A stretch of DNA of 64,000 bases, taken from sequence record KJ019103.1; one strand, given 5' to 3'. The notes under the pieces are model-generated. The model did not search any database. It saw only the letters and a list, made by a program, of their open reading frames with translations, and was not told the origin of the DNA. Below are positions 27,440-37,583 of this stretch, in pieces. Each line of letters starts with the position of its first letter. Position 1 is the stretch's first letter. A program made the position numbers and the translations under genes.

Positions 27440-27880
27440 GTGAAAGAAGTAAATTATGAGAACCCATGGATATATCTGGAGAGACCTTTCACTGATGATG
27501 ATATTCTGGACTACTTTGGTTTTGTTTATCGTATTACCAATAAGACAACAGGGAGAAAGTACCTGGGAAGAAAGGTATTTTGGTTCCACAGAAAGCCTCC
27601 TGGTAAGAAACGAAGGGTAAAGAAACCATCAGACTGGAAGAAGTACTATGGATCCAGTGATGAACTTAAAGCAGATATTCAACTCTTAGGGAAAGATATC
27701 TTCACCAGGGAGATTATATCATTGCATAAGACCCTAGGAAAGACAAACTTTGCAGAGACAGAAGCACTCTTCCAATACAAAGTATTGACAGAGAAACTTG
27801 ACGATGGGTCTCCAATGTATTATAATGCGAATATACTTTCGAGATACTACAGGAAAGACTACTTTGATTATGAGGACTAA
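27440..27880 (+). CDS. GIY-YIG-family endonuclease-like protein
   Basis: GFVYRITNKTTGRKYLGRK...WKKYYGSS. Confidence 0.75.
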   Translation: MKEVNYENPWIYLERPFTDDDILDYFGFVYRITNKTTGRKYLGRKVFWFHRKPPGKKRRVKKPSDWKKYYGSSDELKADIQLLGKDIFTREIISLHKTLGKTNFAETEALFQYKVLTEKLDDGSPMYYNANILSRYYRKDYFDYED

Positions 27881-28968
27881 TGAGTTATTTTACTGATCGT
27901 TTTGGTGATACCTATAAGGTTATCCGTAACTATATCTCTAGTGAAGAAGCAAATACTTTAGGAGAGAACTATAAAGAGTTTGTATCTACTGATGGGGTGC
28001 CTACAGAGGCAACCATGATTACTTCGAATGCATATGATTTCTACAACAGACCTGAACAGGTAGCACTTCTATCAGAGAAAGTATCACATATTAATGAACT
28101 ATTAGGTAAGAAAGTTCTTCCTGCCTATTCCTTTGTTAGACAATACGGAGTTGGATCCTTTCTAGGCAAACATACGGACAGAAAGTCCTGTGAGGTATCT
28201 CTGAGTATCCACCTGTGTGGTGATAAGGAATGGCCGTTCTGTATAGAGGATAAGGAAGGAAACCCCGTAGAACTCATCCTACACCCCGGAGATGCAGTTC
28301 TATATGATGCACCTAATGCAACTCACTGGAGAGAAGAATATGATGGTGAGTTCTATATTCAAACCTTTCATCACTATGTAACTTTAGGTGGTGAGTATGA
28401 GAATCTATTCTTTGATAATAATGATAAAGAATTCTCACTAACCAATTATATTAAACAATATAAGGAATCAGTACCTCCTGATATCTGTGATATGATTGTT
28501 AAATACGCAGAACAATTCCCCAATAGGTGGGAAAATGCTACTACTATACAATCTATAAAAGATAATACTATTGATACTAGGATATGTGAGAGTTGGAATG
28601 TTTTACCAACTGATAGTATTGATGATGTTGTTTATAAGTATATAACTGAAGCATCTTCTAAGTTCTGTAATACCTTCCCACACTTTAATCTTACTCAGGA
28701 CACTGGATATCAGATTTTAAGATACAAACCAGGTGGTAAGTATGACTACCATACAGATCAACATGCCACTTATAACAGGGAAGTTACTATTATTCTAAAC
28801 CTTAATGATGACTACGAAGGTGGTAACCTATGTCACATTAAAGACAACCATATGATAAAGATGGGTAAGGGTGATATCATTATATTCCCTGCTAACTTTA
28901 TGTACCCACATCGTATTACTCCCATAACATCTGGTGTTAGGTATTCTATTGTGACTTGGGCAGTCTAA
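27880..28968 (+). CDS. tandem two-domain 2OG-Fe(II) oxygenase
   Basis: HTDR...HWRE in N-half; HTDQ...HRIT...RYSIVTW in C-half. Confidence 0.88.
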   Translation: MSYFTDRFGDTYKVIRNYISSEEANTLGENYKEFVSTDGVPTEATMITSNAYDFYNRPEQVALLSEKVSHINELLGKKVLPAYSFVRQYGVGSFLGKHTDRKSCEVSLSIHLCGDKEWPFCIEDKEGNPVELILHPGDAVLYDAPNATHWREEYDGEFYIQTFHHYVTLGGEYENLFFDNNDKEFSLTNYIKQYKESVPPDICDMIVKYAEQFPNRWENATTIQSIKDNTIDTRICESWNVLPTDSIDDVVYKYITEASSKFCNTFPHFNLTQDTGYQILRYKPGGKYDYHTDQHATYNREVTIILNLNDDYEGGNLCHIKDNHMIKMGKGDIIIFPANFMYPHRITPITSGVRYSIVTWAV

Positions 28969-28990
28969 ATACTCTGTTATTTCGGTTACA

Positions 28991-30211
28991 GTGATGAAAA
29001 TAGATTTCAGTAACTTTTTCCAATACTATGATGGTAATCTAAAGAACCATGTAGAATCAATTGCTCTACTAGAGCGTGAGATTGAAAAGGTTGCTCCCCA
29101 TCTCCTCCAGGACGAAGCGGAGTGGGTTAAGTTATATCGTAATACTGCTCAGGTTGATAAACCAGATAAGGTTATCGCCTTACCTGTACCTTACTTTCCC
29201 CAGACAGATAACTACACACAACCAGAGAGGACTTGTAACTCTTCCTCCTGTGCTATGTGTCTAGAATACTTTAGACCTGGGACTCTAGTTGGTTCTAAAG
29301 GTGATGACGCGTATATCAGAAAGGTATTTGCTGTAGGAGATACCACAGACCACTCAGTTCAAACTAAAGTTCTAGCAGACTATGGTGTAGATTCTGAGTT
29401 CAACTATTCACTCAGTTTTGATAACCTAGATCACGAACTTGAGAACAAGAGACCTGTTGTGATTGGTATCCTCCACAGAGGAACCCTAGCACACCCCACA
29501 GGGGGTCATATGGTGGTTGTGATAGGTAAGACGGCAGAAGGTGATTACATCTGTCACGACCCCTACGGAGACCTTAACGACGGATATACAACCAATGTAT
29601 ACAACGGTCAGTCTGTTGTGTATAAGAGAAATGTTCTAGAGGCTAGATGGACTCCTGACGGTCCTACCAGTGGTTGGGGGCGTACTTTCCAGGCGAAAGT
29701 AACCGCAAAAAAGTCTGAGGAGGGTAAGTTGCCCTCCGCTGGTGTTGAACTTATCAAAGAGTTTGAAGGACTTCATGTTCTAAAATCTGATGGAATGATC
29801 CATGCTTATCCTGACCCTCTATCTGGTGGTGAACCCTGGACTATTGGTTGGGGTTCTACTAGGGATCTTGATGGATCAGCATTCCATCCTGGAGATAAGA
29901 TCACCAGAGAGAAAGCAGACATCCTCCTAGAGGAACAACTCAGAAGGGATTATCTTTCTAAGTTAGAACAAACCATCCCCTATTGGGATGAGATGAACGA
30001 CAACCAACACGGAGCCCTGCTCAGTTTTGGGTATAATCTAGGAGCCGGTTTCTACGGAAGTCCTGATTTTAACACAATAACCCGTGTTTTGCGAGACAAA
30101 GAGTGGAATAAAGTCCCCGACGCGTTATACTTGTATCGTAATCCAGGAACTCCTGTAGAGGAGGGTCTATCTAGACGACGGATTGCAGAAGGAGAACTTT
30201 GGGAGAGCTGA
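28991..30211 (+). CDS. muralytic enzyme: C39-like peptidase plus GH24 lysozyme
   Basis: RTCNSSSCAM...GGHMVVVIG...HDPYG; LIKEFEG...AYPDP...WTIGWGST. Confidence 0.88.
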   Translation: MMKIDFSNFFQYYDGNLKNHVESIALLEREIEKVAPHLLQDEAEWVKLYRNTAQVDKPDKVIALPVPYFPQTDNYTQPERTCNSSSCAMCLEYFRPGTLVGSKGDDAYIRKVFAVGDTTDHSVQTKVLADYGVDSEFNYSLSFDNLDHELENKRPVVIGILHRGTLAHPTGGHMVVVIGKTAEGDYICHDPYGDLNDGYTTNVYNGQSVVYKRNVLEARWTPDGPTSGWGRTFQAKVTAKKSEEGKLPSAGVELIKEFEGLHVLKSDGMIHAYPDPLSGGEPWTIGWGSTRDLDGSAFHPGDKITREKADILLEEQLRRDYLSKLEQTIPYWDEMNDNQHGALLSFGYNLGAGFYGSPDFNTITRVLRDKEWNKVPDALYLYRNPGTPVEEGLSRRRIAEGELWES

Positions 30212-30631
30212 ATGATTGCACTTGATATATTCTGTGACTGGTTCACTGGGAGATGGAACAACCGTGCTCAGGCACATTCCAACCCCAGAGGTCAGGCATA
30301 TGTGATGGCTAGACATGATAGAATATCAGACACAGAGTTTCGATGTGTTTATCACTACCATAGGGATAAGACCCCTTATAGGGACTTTACCCTGAATATC
30401 AACGGACACGATAGTGATATTATTCTGTCTGATAAGGAAACCAGGTTAGTTTATTCTTTATATAACGGAGCGTATACCTGTCACTTTGATAAGATAATCA
30501 AAGGAAAAAGATATGTATTTGATTCTGTATTAGCGAATACTTTCTATAAACTTAATGATCAGTGTTTTGATGGAACCCGACTAGTTCGGGGTCTAGAAAC
30601 CGGTGAGTTCTATGACTTTAGAAAGGAATAA
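30212..30631 (+). CDS. cpeT: CpeT/CpcT-type phycobilin lyase
   Basis: WFTGRWNNRAQAHSNP, PYR, RG...FYDF; short phage form. Confidence 0.8.
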   Translation: MIALDIFCDWFTGRWNNRAQAHSNPRGQAYVMARHDRISDTEFRCVYHYHRDKTPYRDFTLNINGHDSDIILSDKETRLVYSLYNGAYTCHFDKIIKGKRYVFDSVLANTFYKLNDQCFDGTRLVRGLETGEFYDFRKE

Positions 30632-30633
30632 TA

Positions 30634-30819
30634 TTATCTAATCCCCACCCACCATTCGCGAGCACAGTTTGCGATTTGTTCTGCGGTGGGGTTTTCTACG
30701 CGGATAATCTCAGAGCACTCATCTATCATTTCCTCTAGATGTTTATTGCAGGTAGCGAGATCGTTCATTTGCTTGTGCCTTGATATTTTCGCAGTCATGA
30801 GAATACTAACAATGATCAC
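30634..30819 (-). CDS. hypothetical protein, only plausible minus-strand gene
   Basis: Fills a + strand gap; helical-looking. Confidence 0.4.
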   Translation of the reverse strand: MIIVSILMTAKISRHKQMNDLATCNKHLEEMIDECSEIIRVENPTAEQIANCAREWWVGIR

Positions 30820-30959
30820 ATATAGAGTTATTTAGTTCTCAGAGAACTCTCAGTTGTGAGAAATGTGTAATATGATATAATGTAAATATCTTCATATTTT
30901 CTTCATATACATAATGAAGAAACTATTAAGTTTCACATTGTCGTTTGTAAATTAAAGTT

Positions 30960-31607
30960 TTGGATTCCAATAAGAGATCGATTATTAGAAAACTAGCAGC
31001 TATTGCTGCGATTGGCTTCGTGGGTATTCCCGCTGGAGCTGGTCTAATCCCTACTCTAGAACAGTTTCAAGAAGAAAATGGATATGGTACTGAGGAAGTA
31101 GTAGAGGATACAACTGAAGAGGTAGTAGAAGAAGAAGTAGCAATGACAAGGCGTTGGGTTCTCCCCAATGGAACACATAATGAGAAGATAGTACTCAGTG
31201 CCCTACAGGATAGGGGTATTACTGATAAAGTTGCTCTAGCAGTTGTTTTAGGTAACATCAAACAGGAGTCACGATTCCATTCCAACATCTGTGAGGGTGG
31301 TGCAAGGGTCAACTATCATGGTTGTAGATATGGTGGGTATGGTCTTATCCAATGGACTACTTCAGATAGATATAGAGGACTTGGACACTACGCTTCTAGG
31401 ATTGGTGGTGATCCTTCCAGTGTAGAAACTCAGGTTGGATATATCTTCAGAGAGAGGCAGTGGTTAGACATTGAATCATCCCTCAAAAGAAATGGTCATA
31501 GTGTTGGTTACTACATGAATAGGGCATATTACTGGTTGGGATGGGGTCACCATGGAGCCAGAACCCACTACTCACATGACTATGCTGCTCGTCTCATCTT
31601 TAAATAA
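30960..31607 (+). CDS. phage tail-type lysozyme domain protein with N-terminal signal/TM
   Basis: ALAVVLGNIKQES...GYGLIQWT...QVGYI. Confidence 0.78.
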   Translation: MDSNKRSIIRKLAAIAAIGFVGIPAGAGLIPTLEQFQEENGYGTEEVVEDTTEEVVEEEVAMTRRWVLPNGTHNEKIVLSALQDRGITDKVALAVVLGNIKQESRFHSNICEGGARVNYHGCRYGGYGLIQWTTSDRYRGLGHYASRIGGDPSSVETQVGYIFRERQWLDIESSLKRNGHSVGYYMNRAYYWLGWGHHGARTHYSHDYAARLIFK

Positions 31608-31621
31608 ATAGATGAAACCCA

Positions 31622-32017
31622 ATGAAAGTCCCAGAGTTTAAAGTCAGTTTTCAGTTTGGTAAGAAGAAGAAAAACCCCCTACGTCTATACATTATAGGGG
31701 CAGTTTTGAGCTTTGTTATCGATATGATACATACTTTTATGAGGGTTCCCACAAAGGACCTCTGGGCTTTGGTTGACGAATTGGGAAAAGAGCTTAGAAT
31801 AGAAGATATCAATGAGCTCGTTTTGAATAGTCCCGAACTACTACAGGCTAGAATCGAACGAGAAGTTGATGGAGCTATTGAGGACCATCTTAAAGAAACA
31901 GGTCACAAAGACCCAGAGATTGAATCAGTATTTACTGAAACACTAAAGGGAGAAACCCCCTTAGGTGGTGAACTAAGAATCCGTGGTAAGTGGGTTCCTG
32001 AAAATAAGGAGGACTAA
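31622..32017 (+). CDS. hypothetical protein
   Basis: ORF track; AATAAATA late-like promoter. Confidence 0.7.
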   Translation: MKVPEFKVSFQFGKKKKNPLRLYIIGAVLSFVIDMIHTFMRVPTKDLWALVDELGKELRIEDINELVLNSPELLQARIEREVDGAIEDHLKETGHKDPEIESVFTETLKGETPLGGELRIRGKWVPENKED

Positions 32018-32178
32018 TGAAACGACACAACAAAGTGATGCACCTTATCCGTGAGTCTCTTCGTAACCCAGAAGCATATTCTGAGGAAGAGATTACATAT
32101 ATGAGAGAGCAACTCAAACTACTGGAGGGTGAGAAGGAAACTATTAAACGGGAGAAGAATCGTGGATTTGGATCTTAA
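32017..32178 (+). CDS. small hypothetical protein (53 aa)
   Basis: Hand-translated; GGAGG SD. Confidence 0.6.
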   Translation: MKRHNKVMHLIRESLRNPEAYSEEEITYMREQLKLLEGEKETIKREKNRGFGS

Positions 32179-32608
32179 ATTCATTGGAGATGAGTGTCTT
32201 AGGAAACCATCAGTAAATGTTGAAGATATCACAGAGGATGTGGTAACTTTATCCAAGGCAATGAAACAGAAGATGGTTGAGTGTAATGGTATTGGTCTAG
32301 CAGCCCCACAGGTTGGTAGGAATATCAGACTTATAGTTGTGCGACTAATGTGTGGTATGACTGTGGAGATGATTAATCCACGCATCAGTTGGACTTCTGA
32401 TGACAGATGCATACTTGATGAAGGTTGTCTTAGTATCCCTGGAAAAACACACCCTGTTGAGAGGTATAAATCCATCAGAGTTAAATTTCAGGACATTACA
32501 GGACAACATAAATATTGGAAATTATCTAAGATGGACGCACGAGTGGTTCTACATGAGTATGATCATTTGGAAGGTTTATTGATGGTTGATTACCAGAAGA
32601 CTGGTTAA
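32162..32608 (+). CDS. def: peptide deformylase
   Basis: GIGLAAPQVG, EGCLS, HEYDH; start uncertain (GTG32162 or ATG32129). Confidence 0.95.
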   Translation: MDLDLKFIGDECLRKPSVNVEDITEDVVTLSKAMKQKMVECNGIGLAAPQVGRNIRLIVVRLMCGMTVEMINPRISWTSDDRCILDEGCLSIPGKTHPVERYKSIRVKFQDITGQHKYWKLSKMDARVVLHEYDHLEGLLMVDYQKTG

Positions 32609-32624
32609 CTTTATAGTATTAACA

Positions 32625-32816
32625 ATGATTATGAAAACGAAGAGAGAGCGTCTTGAAGATGTCATTATGGAATATCTAGATGAAGAATACTCGTCTCGAC
32701 GTATCTACGAAGAATTCTTATCAGTAATGATGAATGAATGTCAAGGTAGGGAGGAGGCATCTAAGAAAGCCTTAGAACTTAGAGACTTGATGTTAGGTGA
32801 TAGACCTGTATTTTAA
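32625..32816 (+). CDS. hypothetical protein
   Basis: ORF track, start adjusted. Confidence 0.65.
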   Translation: MIMKTKRERLEDVIMEYLDEEYSSRRIYEEFLSVMMNECQGREEASKKALELRDLMLGDRPVF

Positions 32817-32834
32817 CAAAGGAGATTATCAATT

Positions 32835-33146
32835 ATGACTAAAGAAGTTAGCGATTTGAAACTCACACGACTTGAGTGTGTGAAGTGTGGCGCCACTTGG
32901 ATCAATGGTAATCATGTATGGAAGACTGGTAATACTGGAAGTGAAACCGATCTAGCTGGGTTAGTTTGCAATAAACTAGGTGATGACGATTGCATCAACC
33001 CCCTAAGGGGTGCTGAGACAGGTGACACTTGGGAACAACGCCTTGGTGACCTGGATACTGGATTCAATGCAAGGAGAGAGCGTCTAGAAGACCAGAGAGC
33101 AAGGTTCAAAGAACAATATGGGGAAGACCCTCACTTTGATGACTGA
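32835..33146 (+). CDS. hypothetical protein with CxxC
   Basis: CVKCGATWING...DLAGLVCN; GGAG SD. Confidence 0.75.
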   Translation: MTKEVSDLKLTRLECVKCGATWINGNHVWKTGNTGSETDLAGLVCNKLGDDDCINPLRGAETGDTWEQRLGDLDTGFNARRERLEDQRARFKEQYGEDPHFDD

Positions 33147-33252
33147 TGGGAAATGAAGCGATTAAATAACCCTAATCGCTTCATCAAGTGGCACACCCCC
33201 CTAGGCAAACCTATGGGGATGCGTTATAATATGAAGGTAATCAACCAGAGAG

Positions 33253-33468
33253 ATGACACAGCTTAAAACAAAGTTCCGCAGGTATATCGGTGTTCTCACT
33301 GAAGCCGTATCTCGTTCCATCGAGTTAGACTACTCACAACCCAAACTCTATAAGAAGGTCCGAAGGTTCTATGAGGAACAGGGAGTCTCCTTCACTGGAG
33401 ACGAGGTAGATGACTACCAAATTGTTATGGATTGTTTAACTGAAGATCTAGTAAAGGAGCCAGTATGA
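33253..33468 (+). CDS. hypothetical protein
   Basis: ORF track; TATAAT upstream. Confidence 0.7.
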   Translation: MTQLKTKFRRYIGVLTEAVSRSIELDYSQPKLYKKVRRFYEEQGVSFTGDEVDDYQIVMDCLTEDLVKEPV

Positions 33469-33701
33469 AGACTATTCTTGAGAGAGAAGGTTTCCGTTTC
33501 ATTGAGAAAGGTATTATTGAACTCAATGGAATGCCAGACTACCGACTACAGAAACAAGATCACTATTCCCAACGATGGAATGATGTTTATCTCTTCGATA
33601 ACAAGATGCAGTGTCTAACTGCTATGGAAGATATCGAATATTGTAAGTGGTTGTGTGGAGAACCCTGTTATGTTCGTGATGTTGTTGGTTCCTATTCATA
33701 G
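33465..33701 (+). CDS. hypothetical protein
   Basis: ORF track; coupled. Confidence 0.7.
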   Translation: MKTILEREGFRFIEKGIIELNGMPDYRLQKQDHYSQRWNDVYLFDNKMQCLTAMEDIEYCKWLCGEPCYVRDVVGSYS

Positions 33702-33932
33702 ATGAGAACTACATCCTTCCTAAGGTATCTTGGAAATACCTTACTAGTGTTGGGTCATTTCACACTCCTTTGGGGGGATACACAGACCGCCTTGACTATC
33801 AAAATCATAGGTGGTCTTTCTTTGTTACCCTTTGCCATCTCCTGGAAGTTGTGGGATGTTGTGGCACTTGAGTTAATATTTGGAGGTATGGATGTAACCA
33901 AGTTCATCCAGTTACTATTCAGCAACTCCTAG
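33702..33932 (+). CDS. small membrane protein
   Basis: Several hydrophobic segments. Confidence 0.65.
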   Translation: MRTTSFLRYLGNTLLVLGHFTLLWGDTQTALTIKIIGGLSLLPFAISWKLWDVVALELIFGGMDVTKFIQLLFSNS

Positions 33933-33981
33933 CACCATAGGGTTTCTTTATTCCCTTACAAAGATGAAGTGGCGCACCTGA

Positions 33982-34010
33982 TTGGCAAACCCAAAAATAT
34001 GTGTTATACT
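33982..34010 (+). promoter_or_regulatory. early promoter
   Basis: TTGGCA-N17-TATACT. Confidence 0.75.
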
Positions 34011-34073
34011 GGGTAGGTATTGGTAGCGTTTTCAGGGGTGAATAAACTACCAATACCAATCTAAACTCATAGA

Positions 34074-34101
34074 AAACCACTCCTCATGGGGTGGTTTTTT
34101 T
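34074..34101 (+). terminator. intrinsic terminator
   Basis: AAAACCACTCC/GGGGTGGTTTT plus T-run. Confidence 0.78.
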
Positions 34102-34123
34102 GTGCGCGTATAACTAGTGTAAC

Positions 34124-34432
34124 TTGGGTTACATTATGAAAGCCGACGCACAACTAGAACACCACGCCAATTGTTGGAATGCTATTCGAAATAATGATAA
34201 GGAATACTTTAAGATAGGAGTTGGTGTTTATAAAACTATCAACGCTGATAGGGAATACTATATCAATAGTCGTATTGAAACTGATAAGAATAGTGATATA
34301 TCAGAGATGGATCAAGTGAAAGAAGCCCACTCCAAACACTTAAGTTATTTTATTGGATACAAATCAGAAGTAACAGTTGAAGCTATCAGTAGTGATTGGA
34401 AATCTACCCTATACCGGGTTACTACCTGCTAG
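34124..34432 (+). CDS. hypothetical protein
   Basis: ORF track. Confidence 0.55.
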   Translation: MGYIMKADAQLEHHANCWNAIRNNDKEYFKIGVGVYKTINADREYYINSRIETDKNSDISEMDQVKEAHSKHLSYFIGYKSEVTVEAISSDWKSTLYRVTTC

Positions 34433-34464
34433 GGTGTGTTATAATAGATGAAATGCATGTTGTG

Positions 34465-35463
34465 ATGAAAGCTTTAATCTCTGGTATAACTGGGCAGGAT
34501 GGATCCTATCTTGCTGAACTTCTACTGAAGAAGGGGTATGAAGTCCATGGTATTATTCGTAGAACCTCCTCGTTTAATACAGGAAGAATCGATCATATCT
34601 TCGATCAGTTACACCTCCACTACGGGGATTTGACTGACTCCCTGAACATAGTCTCTATCATTAAGGAAGTAGAACCTGATGAGATCTACAACCTAGGGGC
34701 ACAGAGTCATGTGAAAGTATCTTTCGAGGAACCTGAATATACAGCACAGACTGATGCTCTGGGGACCCTAAGAGTATTGGAGGCAGTTCGTCTCCTAGGT
34801 ATGACAGATAAGGTTCGTATCTACCAGGCATCCACTAGTGAGTTGTATGGGTTGGTACAAGAGACACCCCAGAAAGAAACAACACCTTTCTACCCACGAT
34901 CTCCATATGGTGTAGCTAAACTCTATGGATATTGGATTGTAAAGAACTATCGTGAGAGTTATGGGATGCACGCCAGTAGTGGTATTCTATTCAACCATGA
35001 GTCACCACGACGGGGTGAGACTTTCGTAACCCGTAAGATTACTAGGGGACTATCCCGTATTAGTACAGGACTACAGGATTGTCTATACCTAGGTAATCTA
35101 AACTCAAGACGAGATTGGGGTCATGCTGAAGACTATGTGGAGGCTATGTGGTTGATGTTACAACAGGAAACTCCTGATGACTATGTGATTGCCACAGGTA
35201 AAGAGTATTCAGTGAAGGACTTTGTAGAGGCATCTGCTGAATACTTTGGTATGAAGATTGAGTGGCAGGGTGAAGGATTGGATGAAGTGGGTATAGATAG
35301 ATTTACAAAGAAGGTTGTCGTTCGTGTGAGTGACAAATACTTCAGACCAGCAGAGGTTGAAACTCTCTGGGGTGATCCCACTAAGGCTAAAGAGGTATTG
35401 GGTTGGAAACCTAATCATACCTTTGCTTCCCTAGTAGAAGATATGTGTATCTACGGTCAGTAA
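34465..35463 (+). CDS. gmd: GDP-mannose 4,6-dehydratase
   Basis: [34 protein letters not shown]. Confidence 0.97.
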   Translation: MKALISGITGQDGSYLAELLLKKGYEVHGIIRRTSSFNTGRIDHIFDQLHLHYGDLTDSLNIVSIIKEVEPDEIYNLGAQSHVKVSFEEPEYTAQTDALGTLRVLEAVRLLGMTDKVRIYQASTSELYGLVQETPQKETTPFYPRSPYGVAKLYGYWIVKNYRESYGMHASSGILFNHESPRRGETFVTRKITRGLSRISTGLQDCLYLGNLNSRRDWGHAEDYVEAMWLMLQQETPDDYVIATGKEYSVKDFVEASAEYFGMKIEWQGEGLDEVGIDRFTKKVVVRVSDKYFRPAEVETLWGDPTKAKEVLGWKPNHTFASLVEDMCIYGQ

Positions 35464-35465
35464 TT

Positions 35466-36392
35466 ATGGAAAAAGGTGCAACGGTAGCAGTATTTGGTTC
35501 GGGTGGATTGGCTGGAAGTGCCATCACCAGGGCACTCAGGTGTTCTTTTGGGGGGTATAAGATTCTTACTCCTAGGAGTAAAGAACTAGACCTAAGAGAA
35601 CAAGCAGATGTTCGTAGTTGGTTTAAGCATAACAAAGTTGATTATGTATTCTTAGCTGCTGCCTTAGTTGGTGGTATCATGGCTAACAAGACTAGAAAGG
35701 CAGAGTTCTTACATGACAATCTAATGATGCAGTGTAATGTAATTGACTCTGCATACTATAGTGGAGTGAAGAAACTTCTATTCCTAGGTACTTCTTGTAT
35801 CTATCCAGCAGGAAGGCACCATCCACTAGTGGAACATGAACTACTCACAGGACTATTAGAACCAACCAATGACGCATACGCAATCGCAAAGATCGCAGGG
35901 ATCAAACAATGTGACTTCTACCGAGAACAATATGGATTTGATGCTATCTCTATCATGCCTCCTAATCTATATGGTCCTGGAGATAATTTCAATGAGGGAT
36001 CAGGACATGTCCTCGCCTCATTGATGAATAGGTTTCACCTAGCGAAGGAAGCAGGTGCATCTAGAGTTGAATGTTGGGGTGATGGGACACCTATGAGGGA
36101 GTTCCTATATGTGGATGACTTAGCAGATGCTTCCTTATACTTTATGGATAGTTATAGTGAGTCTGGGCACATTAATACTGGGACTGGTAGGGATGTAACT
36201 ATCAAACAACTAGCGGAGACTATTGCTGATGTAGTTGGATACAAAGGTGAGATAGGTTGGGATACAACTAAACCCAACGGAAACCCAAGGAAACTACTTG
36301 ACAGCAGTAGGGCAAACCTGTTAGGATGGGAACCCAAGGTTAAATTTGAAGACGGAATCAAACTCACATACAACTGGTATCTAGCACAATGA
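35466..36392 (+). CDS. fcl: GDP-4-keto-6-deoxymannose epimerase/reductase (WcaG/Fcl, ColC-like)
   Basis: LFLGTSCIYP, YAIAKIAG, NLYGPGDNF, REFLYVDD. Confidence 0.93.
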   Translation: MEKGATVAVFGSGGLAGSAITRALRCSFGGYKILTPRSKELDLREQADVRSWFKHNKVDYVFLAAALVGGIMANKTRKAEFLHDNLMMQCNVIDSAYYSGVKKLLFLGTSCIYPAGRHHPLVEHELLTGLLEPTNDAYAIAKIAGIKQCDFYREQYGFDAISIMPPNLYGPGDNFNEGSGHVLASLMNRFHLAKEAGASRVECWGDGTPMREFLYVDDLADASLYFMDSYSESGHINTGTGRDVTIKQLAETIADVVGYKGEIGWDTTKPNGNPRKLLDSSRANLLGWEPKVKFEDGIKLTYNWYLAQ

Positions 36393-37582
36393 CAAAGATT
36401 ACAAATGGATATACGTGGCCTCTTATGAAGGACACTGTGACCAAGAGAGATAGGTTGAGGATGGCAAAGTTTATCCTCACCAGTGATAGACTAACACAAG
36501 GTAAAGAAGTTCGTAAGTTTGAGGAGCAGTGGAGTGAGTGGCTTGGAGTTAAACATTCTCTTTTTGTTAGCAGTGGCAGTACCGCTAACCTACTTCTTGT
36601 GTCTGCTTGGAAGGAATTATACGAGATCCCAGACCAGTCGAAAGTAATTGTACCTGCTTGTACTTGGGTAACTAATGTTGCTCCTATCATTCAGTGTGGT
36701 TTGACTCCAATCTTTTGTGACATCAACTTAGAAGACTACTCCTTTGATCTGGATAAACTACAGGATATTCGTGATGAATATCACGATGACATCAGAGGTA
36801 TCTTTGTTACTCACCTCCTAGGATTTCCTGCTAATGTGGAAAAGTTTCGTGATGTTTTCCCCGACGCTCATATTCTAGAAGATGTATGTGAGAGTCACGG
36901 AGCAGTCCTCCCTAGTGGTGATAAGGCGGGAACCTTTGATGTTGGTGGCACATTTAGTTTCTACTTTGGGCACCACATGACTACCATTGAAGGTGGTATG
37001 GTGAGTACTAATGATCCAGAACTCTATGATCTAATGAGAATGAAGCGTTCTCATGGGTTAGCGAGAGAATCACTATACTTTGAAACATACAAAGAGAAGT
37101 ATCCTGATGTAAATCCACAGTTTCTCTTCGTTACTGAGGGATATAACTTCCGTAATACTGATCTAGCTGCTGTATTAGGACAGTCTCAACTGAAGAGACT
37201 AGACAGTATGATTGGGATTCGTAACAGGAACTATGAGTTATACCAACAATTACTAAAGAAACACGAACATGACCTTACACATGAGTATGGTGGTTCTTTC
37301 TATATCCCCTCCACACAGGGGGATGTAAGTAGTTTCTGTTTTCCATTTGTAGTTGATAATATGCACTGCTATCTTAAGTTAAAAGAACTTCTAGAAGAAT
37401 ACTATGTTGAGTATCGACCTATTGTGAGTGGTAACCTCCTACGACAACCATTCTTGAGAGAATATTCTGCTGAGTGTCCCAAGGCAGATATAGCCCATGA
37501 AAAGGGACTATATATTGGGAATAATCACTTTGTAGATGAGTCTAACTTTCACATGCTAGATGAGATTTTGAGCCAACTTTGA
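36389..37582 (+). CDS. PLP-dependent sugar 3-dehydratase, ColD-like (DegT superfamily)
   Basis: SSGSTANLL, EDVCESHG, GTFSFYFGHHMTTIEGG with His at the usual Schiff-base Lys position. Confidence 0.85.
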   Translation: MTKITNGYTWPLMKDTVTKRDRLRMAKFILTSDRLTQGKEVRKFEEQWSEWLGVKHSLFVSSGSTANLLLVSAWKELYEIPDQSKVIVPACTWVTNVAPIIQCGLTPIFCDINLEDYSFDLDKLQDIRDEYHDDIRGIFVTHLLGFPANVEKFRDVFPDAHILEDVCESHGAVLPSGDKAGTFDVGGTFSFYFGHHMTTIEGGMVSTNDPELYDLMRMKRSHGLARESLYFETYKEKYPDVNPQFLFVTEGYNFRNTDLAAVLGQSQLKRLDSMIGIRNRNYELYQQLLKKHEHDLTHEYGGSFYIPSTQGDVSSFCFPFVVDNMHCYLKLKELLEEYYVEYRPIVSGNLLRQPFLREYSAECPKADIAHEKGLYIGNNHFVDESNFHMLDEILSQL

Positions 37583-37583
37583 T

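Noticed and set aside
34011-34460. wcaG RNA motif upstream of gmd/fcl
   Set aside because: Could not match it from memory; the hairpin there is closed by a terminator and an ORF lies between it and gmd. Needs cmscan.
34396-34464. Listed N-terminal extension of gmd
   Set aside because: The family starts at [13 protein letters not shown] (ATG34465).
36389-37582. GDP-perosamine synthase
   Set aside because: Catalytic Lys position holds His, which favours a 3-dehydratase.
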